DNA of 44,329 nt from a virus. Its lineage: Duplodnaviria; Caudoviricetes. The stretch lies in IMG/VR virus record IMGVR_UViG_3300012267_000007, positions 1 to 44,329 of that record. One strand, 5' to 3'. The position numbers were made by a program, and so were the translations under genes. Under the pieces are notes generated by a model, which was not told the DNA's origin, searched no databases, and saw only the letters and a list, made by a program, of their open reading frames with translations. Below, piece after piece: positions 6,697 to 14,818 of the stretch; position 1 is the stretch's first letter, and each line of letters begins with the position of its first letter.

Positions 6697-7089
6697 TTAT
6701 TTCATTTTTATATTATATTTTTCTATTAATTGGTTACACCTTTTATAATTAGCCCCCTTTGCTGCTATTCCAACTTCCAATAATGCCTGTCTTATTGATT
6801 TATTGTTTTTTAATGCTTTAATCATTTTATCTTCCGGTATGGACGGCATTCCCGTATTTATATTTCTACCCCTTCAAGTTTTAGTTTGAGTATGACAATT
6901 TGGACATAACAATCTTAAATTTTTTCTTTTGTTATTAGTATTATCACCATTTATATGATCCAATTCTAATACTAAGGGTTTATTATTTCACTTATTTAAT
7001 TTACAATGTAAACATTTATTGTCTTGTTGTTCCAATTGTAATTTTCTTCCAAGATTTTCAAATAATGATCACAAAATTTCATCATTCAT
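6697..7089 (-). CDS. HNH endonuclease (130 aa), three TGA=Trp
   Basis: CLHC..K*NNKPLVLELDHINGDNTNN...NLRLLCPNCHTQTKT*RGRN; TGA at 7069, 6988 and 6874, the last two at typical Trp positions. Confidence 0.9.
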
Positions 7090-7096
7090 TTACATG

Positions 7097-7184
7097 AGGA
7101 AGACAGCGGTAACGATCCGCAACCGGATTAACCGATTCAATTGTTTAGCAAACAGTGACCAACACCATGATGGCAATATCTTCC
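7097..7184 (-). tRNA. tRNA-Ser(GCT), 8/4 cloverleaf
   Basis: 8-bp acceptor GGAAGATA/TGTCTTCC, 4-bp T-stem GCGG/CCGC, ACTGT-TTGCTAA-ACAAT, long V-arm AATCGG/CCGGTT. Confidence 0.85.
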
Positions 7185-7255
7185 AAATTATTTCAATACG
7201 TCAAAGATCAACAATTATTTGTTAAACAGTATATATTTATTCATATCATATAAAT

Positions 7256-7291
7256 AAAAAAAGCCGAATCTTTTTATGGATCCGGCTTTTT
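7256..7291 (-). terminator. intrinsic terminator (attenuator 2)
   Basis: AAAAAGCCGGATC-CATAAAAA-GATTCGGC followed by T7. Confidence 0.85.
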
Positions 7292-7314
7292 AGTTTAATG
7301 AAAAGATTTTTCTT

Positions 7315-7398
7315 TTACAAACTTCCAAACATACCGAATCCATTCCATCTCGGATGGCGCTGTAAACTCGATTGTGATAAGAGGTTTGTTGTATACAT
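7315..7398 (-). CDS. leader peptide 2 (27 aa) MYTTNLLSQSSLQRHPRWNGFGMFGSL
   Basis: ATG..TAA ORF upstream of the terminator and tRNA array 2; codons 6-17 are all cognate to array tRNAs. Confidence 0.8.
   Translation of the reverse strand: MYTTNLLSQSSLQRHPRWNGFGMFGSL
7333..7343 (-). promoter_or_regulatory. antiterminator strand of attenuator 2
   Basis: ATGGATTCGGT pairs (11 bp, 2 G-U) with GCCGGATCCAT at 7286-7276, the terminator 5' arm and loop. Confidence 0.7.
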
Positions 7399-7420
7399 AA
7401 TTGTATTATTTTTATATGAT

Positions 7421-7453
7421 TAAATATAAGGAAAAATATTTTTTTAAAACAAA
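7421..7453 (-). promoter_or_regulatory. putative promoter for leader 2
   Basis: TTTG-N21-TATATTTA, resembling Bacteroidota TTTG-N19-21-TAnnTTTG; weak evidence in AT-rich DNA. Confidence 0.4.
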
Positions 7454-7459
7454 TTAATT

Positions 7460-7873
7460 TTAAAATCTAAATCCATTTTTTAATGAATCTACAAAGTCTT
7501 CATCAAAAATACTGGTTAAATCATCAATACCGGATACTGAAAGCACTTCAAACATCAATTTATTATGCATAATACCTTCAATATTCGATGCCAAATATTC
7601 CATATTTTGACGAACTTGTTCTTCACTTTCAAATTTAACGCCAGATAATTTGGCTTTATTAATTACTGAATGAAGAATATCTTCTTGAATTGTTCTGTAC
7701 TGTTTTGATAGTTTAGCGGATACGGGGAGATCTTCTTCCTCAATTTCTTCCATTTGATCCTCTAAAGATTTAATTTCATCGAGTGTTTCCTGACTCATTT
7801 GATCAGTCTCTTCAGATTCATTTAAATCACTATCATCCCCTACCAAAGTAAGGTTACTTTTTTTCTCTTCCAT
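7460..7873 (-). CDS. acidic hypothetical protein
   Basis: 137 aa ORF. Confidence 0.7.
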   Translation of the reverse strand: MEEKKSNLTLVGDDSDLNESEETDQMSQETLDEIKSLEDQMEEIEEEDLPVSAKLSKQYRTIQEDILHSVINKAKLSGVKFESEEQVRQNMEYLASNIEGIMHNKLMFEVLSVSGIDDLTSIFDEDFVDSLKNGFRF

Positions 7874-7894
7874 AAATATATGTATTGTTTTGAG

Positions 7895-8662
7895 TTATAA
7901 TTGTTGTGCTAAACAAACTACTGCCAGCACTTCTATTTGATTATCTTCTAAAATACGCAAAGCGTTGGAGATATATTCCCCATTTTTATAAAAATCTGTC
8001 ACTAAAACGGCTGTCGTACCTTCATGACTTTTAAGTTTTTCATAATCCACATCTACTAAACCGTCAACATAAGATAAAAGTTCAGCATCAATATTCACAT
8101 CATCAAAAGTGTAATTTCTATCTTCCCGATGCAATTGAGAAAATATATCGTTTAAATGTTTTTTAATATCTTTTGGTGCTTTCTCGGTAACGGCTAATTC
8201 ATCAATATTAAGGGACTCTTTTGCATATAAAATGTCATCATATCTCTTTTCAGTATATACTGTTAGCTTAGAAAAAAATCTATGAAATACATCATCGCCA
8301 CTATTCAATCCGAAATGGCAAATATCTTTCATATTTCTATGCAGGATTGATGACATTTGTTTAGACATCTCTTCAGCCCCAATATCTACCCAATTTTCTA
8401 CATATTCATTAACTTCTACCTGAGAGTTGACAGCTTCAATAAATTCACGAGATGATTTGAAATTTGTTGGTAAATCATCTTTTGATACTTTGTAAATATA
8501 AAACACCGGAGTTAGGTTATGTAAACTATCAACGTATGGCTGAAATGTTTTTGTACCCCCACCAACTTTCGTAATAAGAGTAGAATCATTGCCGACTTCG
8601 ATATAAATATCTCCATCTTCTAATGTGTCAATTACCGATCTTCCTTCCTGATTACTACTCAT
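7895..8662 (-). CDS. hypothetical protein with degenerate phosphoribosyltransferase-like C-terminus
   Basis: AVLVTDFYKNGEYISNALRIL...VLAVVCL resembles hhhDDhhTTG.T of PRTases. Confidence 0.45.
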   Translation of the reverse strand: MSSNQEGRSVIDTLEDGDIYIEVGNDSTLITKVGGGTKTFQPYVDSLHNLTPVFYIYKVSKDDLPTNFKSSREFIEAVNSQVEVNEYVENWVDIGAEEMSKQMSSILHRNMKDICHFGLNSGDDVFHRFFSKLTVYTEKRYDDILYAKESLNIDELAVTEKAPKDIKKHLNDIFSQLHREDRNYTFDDVNIDAELLSYVDGLVDVDYEKLKSHEGTTAVLVTDFYKNGEYISNALRILEDNQIEVLAVVCLAQQL

Positions 8663-8945
8663 TGTTTGAATCTTTTAATACTAATTCACCATCAGAATTA
8701 TAACGGTAAACATTATTACTGGTTTTCTCTTCATGGATACGTTTGCCATTCTTAATATTTCGATAAACAACTTTAGAATATCCATCACCGGATAACTTTT
8801 GCTTACGAATAATATATTCCCGATCCAATTTTTTCTTTTCCTTTTTGGTCATGGATCTATATTGTTTGCGAAACATCAAAATGTCCTTATCACTCAATTC
8901 TCGATCTTCTTCTAAAATATTAATGTATTGATTTTCCGTAAGCAT
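8655..8945 (-). CDS. hypothetical protein
   Basis: 96 aa ORF coupled by TAATG to the upstream gene. Confidence 0.7.
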   Translation of the reverse strand: MLTENQYINILEEDRELSDKDILMFRKQYRSMTKKEKKKLDREYIIRKQKLSGDGYSKVVYRNIKNGKRIHEEKTSNNVYRYNSDGELVLKDSNNE

Positions 8946-9283
8946 TATTCACCTCAATCTGCTAATCGTGTATATCTAAAATAATTTCTAATTCTCTTCC
9001 AAAACTCTTTACCATGTGATGGCGCATTTAATAATAATATAAATACCCTCTCCGGCACCCTATAATATTCATATTCTGTTCCGTATGTACCTTCTTCACC
9101 CTTTACCTTATTATCCGATTTAAACCGGACACGTAATGTTTTATCTTTGGGATCATATCAAACAGCATGTAAATTCGAAGACTCAACTTCAACGTACTGC
9201 CTGTATAAGTCTTTCACGTTTCGATTATTTATTCTAACCGATACAGACTCATTTATGTAACTTCGTAATTTTCTTTTAAGCAT
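8945..9283 (-). CDS. KTSC-domain protein (112 aa), two TGA=Trp
   Basis: VESSNLHAV*YDPKDKTLRVRF...YEYYRVP...LLNAPSHGKEFWKRIR; TGA at 9158 and 8954; the final TAA overlaps the next ATG. Confidence 0.85.
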
Positions 9284-9312
9284 TTCGGAATATTTTAACT
9301 ATACACTTTGTA

Positions 9313-9984
9313 TTAATTATCATTATTATCATTTTTATTAAAATATTCCAAACCTTTATCCTCTATGGTTTGTAATAGTTCCACACATTCCTTCAGATCA
9401 TTTACAATATGAATATCAATGCCATAGTCGTATCGGACATTTTCTACCGACAGCGTTCGATTATGGGGCGCTCTCATGAGTATAAGAACTGATGCTTGCC
9501 TACAATCATGAAGATTATTAATTTTATCATCTATTACAACATCAGCCGGATAAGTAGATTTTGGTTCACCCGTTAAAATCAGCTTATCAGCTACATCTTC
9601 ATTCATATACTTCTTCAACCAACCAGTCTTCTGAAGTAAAACAGATTCATAATTTTCCATTGCTTTTCCAGTAAAATGAGAAACAATACGATAAGTAAAT
9701 TTCATAGTATTGTTTTCTACAAATTGTAATACTTTAGACAATCCATCTTTTGGTGGACAATTTTCGAAAAAATCGTGTAAACCAAAATAATCATAAATTT
9801 GGTACCCAAAATCAGATATTTCATGAAGATTCCACTGTGTAAAATCCAGATCTTCGCCCGTGGCATCGTGGTGTACTTTTCTCCAATGATTGGTTAAATC
9901 ATTAAGCACATCATCAAAATCAAAATTTATTACTATTCTCTGATCTTCTGATCCTATATTTGTTTCTTTCTCTTTGCCTTCCAT
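9313..9984 (-). CDS. 5'(3')-deoxyribonucleotidase, HAD family
   Basis: FDFDDVL, K..WL, K...ADVVIDDK, APHN motifs. Confidence 0.85.
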   Translation of the reverse strand: MEGKEKETNIGSEDQRIVINFDFDDVLNDLTNHWRKVHHDATGEDLDFTQWNLHEISDFGYQIYDYFGLHDFFENCPPKDGLSKVLQFVENNTMKFTYRIVSHFTGKAMENYESVLLQKTGWLKKYMNEDVADKLILTGEPKSTYPADVVIDDKINNLHDCRQASVLILMRAPHNRTLSVENVRYDYGIDIHIVNDLKECVELLQTIEDKGLEYFNKNDNNDN

Positions 9985-10364
9985 GTATTAAATTTTAATT
10001 TATATTTTAAGAATTTGTGTACTAAATAATCGAAATAGTTATGAAAATACATATTCATTATCCATAGATAACTATCATCGTCTTGTTTTTTTATAATATG
10101 TAATATCCAAGAATCCGTTAACATGTTATGATCCGGTAAGTCTTCAATCTCCATATACTGTATGTAATCTTTGAATCTCGATATCTTACTTACCACTGTT
10201 GGCTCCATAAATGGTCTGTAAATTTTCAATCCGTTATCTAAATGACCACCAGATGTTATAGGTGCATCTTTATCATAATTATAAACACGGGATAATAATT
10301 TCCCGTGTTCAAATTGAAATTGATCCAAATTAGTAAAATTTAATCGTAAATGAATTATATGCAT
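9954..10364 (-). CDS. hypothetical protein
   Basis: 136 aa ORF. Confidence 0.6.
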   Translation of the reverse strand: MHIIHLRLNFTNLDQFQFEHGKLLSRVYNYDKDAPITSGGHLDNGLKIYRPFMEPTVVSKISRFKDYIQYMEIEDLPDHNMLTDSWILHIIKKQDDDSYLWIMNMYFHNYFDYLVHKFLKYKLKFNTWKAKRKKQI

Positions 10365-10457
10365 TATGAATAAATAGGATAAAATTTAACGGAGGTATAG
10401 CATTTTCGTTTAGTTGTAGAGCTTTCGCCCACAACATCTGTTAATGTTATGGCACAC

Positions 10458-10741
10458 GTTATGCCTCATTTCTTTAGGTTTACTTCAACAATACCTATTT
10501 TACAATCTAATTGTTTAGCCAGTGCAGCTATCGTCCGCCCACCTTTGCCAATTAATAAACCCGGTCTTCTAAGGTGTACTATAAGCTCATTATCTTTGTA
10601 TTCAAGCTTGCAAACCCCCATCGCGAATGTGTTATGGGTGTTTGGTTCAGGGTCTATACCATAACACCCATCAAAATAGGTAATGAATAAACTTTTAAGC
10701 CTTTTGCTATTCTCACATTCAGGAGAAAAACGAGGCATAAC
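10458..10741 (-). mobile_element. integron-cassette-like segment bounded by core/inverse-core-like sites
   Basis: GTTATGCCTC (10741-10732) and its exact complement GAGGCATAAC (10467-10458) directly at the stop codon. Confidence 0.5.
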
Positions 10742-10813
10742 AATAGATAAAATCCATTGCTTAAATTGTGCTAATTTGCTGGATTTTTGTTTCATATAAA
10801 TATTTGTTTTCAT
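10466..10813 (-). CDS. KH type II domain protein (ribosomal protein S3-like KH)
   Basis: VHLRRPGLLIGKGGRTIAAL GxxG motif; ends in TGA. Confidence 0.7.
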   Translation of the reverse strand: MKTNIYMKQKSSKLAQFKQWILSIVMPRFSPECENSKRLKSLFITYFDGCYGIDPEPNTHNTFAMGVCKLEYKDNELIVHLRRPGLLIGKGGRTIAALAKQLDCKIGIVEVNLKK

Positions 10814-10846
10814 ATAAATATTCGTTTAAGTTTTAAAATTCGTATT

Positions 10847-11119
10847 TTAAATCGCAACGTATCTTATCTGAGCCGTTCCATCAGTGAAATACCAAACACT
10901 ACCATGTTTTGCTTGAATAGTTTTAATAGTTGATTCTTCGAATTGATATATTAATTCACCATCCAGTGTTTCTTATTTAGCAAAAATACAACATCTCAAT
11001 TTCATTTTAGAGTTACTATCTAAATGGCTAAGAACTGACTTACGGTATCGGTTATTATCTTCTATATCTTTAGTATAACTGCCACACATTGTATATCCAA
11101 ATTCTAATGTGTATTTCAT
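10847..11119 (-). pseudogene. small ORF interrupted by in-frame TAA at 10973-10975
   Basis: MKYTLEFGYTMCG...CIFAK*ETLDGELIYQFEE...QIRYVAI. Confidence 0.4.
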
Positions 11120-11125
11120 ATTCTA

Positions 11126-11671
11126 TTATTCAAATGAAAGTTTGTTTAATTCCTGCACAGTCAATTTAAACATTTTTTGGTTGGTAGGCAACATTTTTCT
11201 CAAAGATTCTTTAATAACCGTTTTTTCTCGTTTATTAGTTTCTTTATATGTAGCCTCTACCAGTACTGTTTCTTCTATCACTTTACCTTTTAGATAAATA
11301 TCTTTGGTTTCCGGATGCTGTTGTACACCATGAGTTAATGTAACGTTTGGATTTTTTCGTCTTGTAGAACCTTCATTAATAGATGTTAATGATTTTCGGG
11401 TAGAATCTTTTTGTTCTTCCAAAGCTTCTTTCACCTTATCAGATGTAGATTTCAATTTTTTTGCCAGTGCTAACTGATCTGTTCGAGAAAAATTGGACAA
11501 TACACGTAATGATTCTTTTAATTGATTCTCGTATGTATCAGTATCTATCTCCAATACTACATTTGAAACCCCTTTGGTCAGACGTGTCCGGTTAGGCATT
11601 TTTTCGTAACGATTAATTTTTATCGTTATATTCCCGTTTTCTATTCCTTCTACTAATTCTTCTATAGTCAT
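11126..11671 (-). CDS. hypothetical protein
   Basis: 181 aa ORF. Confidence 0.7.
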   Translation of the reverse strand: MTIEELVEGIENGNITIKINRYEKMPNRTRLTKGVSNVVLEIDTDTYENQLKESLRVLSNFSRTDQLALAKKLKSTSDKVKEALEEQKDSTRKSLTSINEGSTRRKNPNVTLTHGVQQHPETKDIYLKGKVIEETVLVEATYKETNKREKTVIKESLRKMLPTNQKMFKLTVQELNKLSFE

Positions 11672-11681
11672 AATGTTTATT

Positions 11682-13016
11682 TTATTTTAATTTAATATTT
11701 ACCATATGTGTAGCACGTGTTACACCCACATAAATTAATTGATTACGTTCTTTAATATTTTTGTTCCACTGAATGTTAGGAAGATCCAGAAATACATTCT
11801 GGAATGAAGATCCCTGTGATTTATGAACTGTCAGTGCATGACTATATGTTACGTCGTGAAACCATTTATTTTCAGAATAAAATTTTCTCCAATCCTTTTT
11901 GTGTGCATGTTTTTGAAGATTTATTCTATGTTTTTTCTGAGAATCGTGATGTAACACCCTCAATTCTAAATGACCCAGAGTATCTACATTTTTGCAACTA
12001 AGTAGCCAATATTTAATATCCTTTTTAGATTTTATGTTGGCACTGGTTACAATAACCTCTTCAGAATTTTTCAAAATAATATTATCTTCTCCTTCAACAC
12101 AGGCTTCTTTTGCTACCAATCTATCCCCAACTACAAATTGCGGCAAATCTTCTCCCATAATGTAGCCACGAATAATATTGTTCCAATAATGAACTCTATC
12201 ATTAGTGTACGCAAGTACTCGTGAAAATTCTGGATTTTTTTCATAAATTGTATCTGTAAAAATTTCCTTAATATGATTTTTAAATTTAGTGGGTGAATAT
12301 GTAACTACACCCTGACCATTCTCACCAACTTCATTAACGGATGGTATAACTAAATTCTTATCCTGATTTTTTCTAATAAATGTAGCAAATTTATTTATTG
12401 TATTACCATATCGTATTACATCAGTCAATTCATATTGAGATTTTGTATCAAACGATGGACTATGGGTTTCATTAACAGGTGGTAACTGAGCCGGATCCCC
12501 AACATACAATACTTTAATCTTCAAATCCATCAATTCTTCTTGGATAATCTTGATCAAATTTTTATTGACCATTGAAGCTTCATCAATAACCACAAAATTG
12601 TAATCCATTATTGACTTGTCTAACCATTTATCCGGCTTATATTCTTCTTCACCCGTATCATTATTAATGAATGGGCGAATAGCTAATAGTTTGTGAATAG
12701 TTGCGGCTGGTGTCCGTACATCTGCATTGTCCAATTTACCTTGTAATACCTTCACAGCCTTATTAGTTGGGGCTGAGACAATCATATCTGGTATAAATGT
12801 CCCATACACCCTTACACCTCTTTTGCGGATGTTCTGAGCGATATATGAGATTATTGTAGTTTTACCCGTTCCGGCATATCCTTTCAAAACATAAAACTGA
12901 CGATCTTTATCATTTAAAAATTTAAAGATGTCATCAACCGCATCTTTTTGTTCACCTATTAACCGGACTTCGGTAGGATCTAATAATTCCTTTCCTTTTT
13001 CTAAAACTTTGTTCAT
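11682..13016 (-). CDS. dda: Dda/RecD-like SF1B DNA helicase
   Basis: GYAGTGKTT, APTNKA, TIHKLL, IDEASM, GDPAQLPPV, ALTVHKSQGS, YVGVTRA. Confidence 0.92.
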   Translation of the reverse strand: MNKVLEKGKELLDPTEVRLIGEQKDAVDDIFKFLNDKDRQFYVLKGYAGTGKTTIISYIAQNIRKRGVRVYGTFIPDMIVSAPTNKAVKVLQGKLDNADVRTPAATIHKLLAIRPFINNDTGEEEYKPDKWLDKSIMDYNFVVIDEASMVNKNLIKIIQEELMDLKIKVLYVGDPAQLPPVNETHSPSFDTKSQYELTDVIRYGNTINKFATFIRKNQDKNLVIPSVNEVGENGQGVVTYSPTKFKNHIKEIFTDTIYEKNPEFSRVLAYTNDRVHYWNNIIRGYIMGEDLPQFVVGDRLVAKEACVEGEDNIILKNSEEVIVTSANIKSKKDIKYWLLSCKNVDTLGHLELRVLHHDSQKKHRINLQKHAHKKDWRKFYSENKWFHDVTYSHALTVHKSQGSSFQNVFLDLPNIQWNKNIKERNQLIYVGVTRATHMVNIKLK

Positions 13017-13055
13017 AAAATAATACTGTTTATTTATCCAAATTTGTGTGTAATA

Positions 13056-13250
13056 CTACTTTAATACCCATTCAAGAAGTTCTATTCTTCTTTTACAACA
13101 GCTTTCTTTTTCTTGTAAATCTCCATACCTTGAAGAGCCTGCTATTTTTTCAAGTTCAGTCCAGTGGCAATTACTCATTATTTCTTTGTAATGTTCTTGT
13201 TCTTTTCTAATTTTTTGTATTTTAACAAGTATGTCTTTTGGTTCTTGCAT
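13056..13250 (-). CDS. small hypothetical protein
   Basis: 64 aa, ends RIELLEWVL. Confidence 0.6.
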   Translation of the reverse strand: MQEPKDILVKIQKIRKEQEHYKEIMSNCHWTELEKIAGSSRYGDLQEKESCCKRRIELLEWVLK

Positions 13251-13277
13251 TTTAATAAAGTTTGTGGCTTAAATTCC

Positions 13278-13377
13278 GCACTACACACAACAATGTATAT
13301 AGTTTATAAGCCTAATTAATATTCGTTTTTAATTGTAAATTTCTGCTATGGCTTACAAAACCATATACTAAACGATA
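13278..13377. repeat. attC-like imperfect palindrome of the type seen in Bacteroidota cassette arrays
   Basis: CACACAAC-AATGTATATAGTTTATAAGCC ... GGCTTACAAAACCATATAC-TAAACG. Confidence 0.5.
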
Positions 13378-13633
13378 ATTCTAATGCTATTATTATTCCC
13401 AGTTTCACACTACCAACTTTATCTATTAAATCCCATAAATAATCACCTAACCGTTCGCAATCCCCACAAATATATAAATTGGGATCTTGTTCTAACACTT
13501 CCAATACATTATCTATATGTATTTTATTATTTTCCTGTATTTGATATTTTAATTCTCTATTGTCAATAATATAAATTGTTTCTAAAAATAATATTGATAA
13601 GCCAATTGACTTATAATGATTGATGATAAGCAA
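13346..13633 (-). CDS. hypothetical protein
   Basis: 95 aa ORF running into the palindrome. Confidence 0.45.
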   Translation of the reverse strand: MLIINHYKSIGLSILFLETIYIIDNRELKYQIQENNKIHIDNVLEVLEQDPNLYICGDCERLGDYLWDLIDKVGSVKLGIIIALELSFSIWFCKP

Positions 13634-13639
13634 TATAGC

Positions 13640-14041
13640 TTATTTTCTTGACATAATCAAGGAAGTAAGACGCAAACGTATTTTTGATATACGTTCGTGG
13701 ATGTCTTTCTCTCTAAATCTAATCAATTTAAATTTATTATCCAAGGCTAATCCATCTTTTTCTTTATCATTATGCCTATTTTTCTTTTGCATCGACGATA
13801 ATATCCTTCCATTTTTACCATGCCAGTAATCACCATCCACTTCTATGAGTATTTTATACTGTGGATATGCAAAATCGTATGACTTCCCTTTAACTTTAAA
13901 TTGTTTTTCATAATCAAAACCCAATTTTTTCATTACTTCTTTCTCGAATTTCTTTTCAAGCTTTGAAGTTGTGGGTTTCATTTTGTATAATGCAAAATCA
14001 TTATAATTACTTATAGGAAGTTTTTTTCTTTTTCGACTCAT
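13640..14041 (-). CDS. DUF559/Vsr-like PD-(D/E)xK endonuclease
   Basis: YDFAYP..KILIEVDGDYWHG, D..KD..A....KLIRF; ATG start at MSRKRKK. Confidence 0.85.
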   Translation of the reverse strand: MSRKRKKLPISNYNDFALYKMKPTTSKLEKKFEKEVMKKLGFDYEKQFKVKGKSYDFAYPQYKILIEVDGDYWHGKNGRILSSMQKKNRHNDKEKDGLALDNKFKLIRFREKDIHERISKIRLRLTSLIMSRK

Positions 14042-14071
14042 AGTATAAATAAATATAACAAAAATGCAATT

Positions 14072-14353
14072 ATGAAAACACACAAACGATTTATTGACCG
14101 ATTAACTGCTCGGAAGGATCCAATAGAACCATTAAAAATAGAAGAATCACTGAGAAACAGAAGATCAGATGAAGAATCACAAAGTAAAAAGGAATTTAAA
14201 GAAGGTATAAAAGATGTTGCCGATTCTATTAATTTAGATGATATTTCTAAATACGATTTAATTGAAGAGAATTTAACATTATCTATTGAGAATGAACAAC
14301 TCAAGGGTCAAATGAAGGTATTAGAAAAAACCATCACTGAGCTAAAAAAATAA
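14072..14353 (+). CDS. coiled-coil hypothetical protein
   Basis: 93 aa ORF, first gene of the + strand block. Confidence 0.65.
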   Translation: MKTHKRFIDRLTARKDPIEPLKIEESLRNRRSDEESQSKKEFKEGIKDVADSINLDDISKYDLIEENLTLSIENEQLKGQMKVLEKTITELKK

Positions 14354-14403
14354 TTCATGTTATAATTAATATAACATAACCTACATTTAAAAAAAAAAGA
14401 AAC

Positions 14404-14805
14404 ATGGGAAAGTTAGAAACAACTATTAAGAAAATTATTAAAGAAGAATTGTCAATGGCGTATGACGTTGTTGATCGTCTTCCTATAGAAAAAGACAAAT
14501 TCGATAAATACTCAGCATCCATACCAACACTTGATGAATTTGGTGTAATCATACCACTAACAGATTCACGTAGAGTACACTGTGTAATTGTCGATTTTGG
14601 CAATGGTGTTAGATATGGATCAGTCACCGATGGTGGTGGAGATTTCAATGTATTTGACATTTCAAGTGTAAAATCAAACGGACATTTATTTAATAAATTC
14701 AAAAAAGAAATTGAAAAACATTTCGATACACCAATTATGGATGTAGAGGATTGTAGAAAACGTTTCAAAACATATACAGAAAAACGTTTCGTAAATAAAG
14801 ACTAA
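14404..14805 (+). CDS. hypothetical (possibly virion) protein
   Basis: 133 aa, L...IKKIIKEEL N-terminal motif common in such phages. Confidence 0.65.
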   Translation: MGKLETTIKKIIKEELSMAYDVVDRLPIEKDKFDKYSASIPTLDEFGVIIPLTDSRRVHCVIVDFGNGVRYGSVTDGGGDFNVFDISSVKSNGHLFNKFKKEIEKHFDTPIMDVEDCRKRFKTYTEKRFVNKD

Positions 14806-14818
14806 ATAAATAATATTC

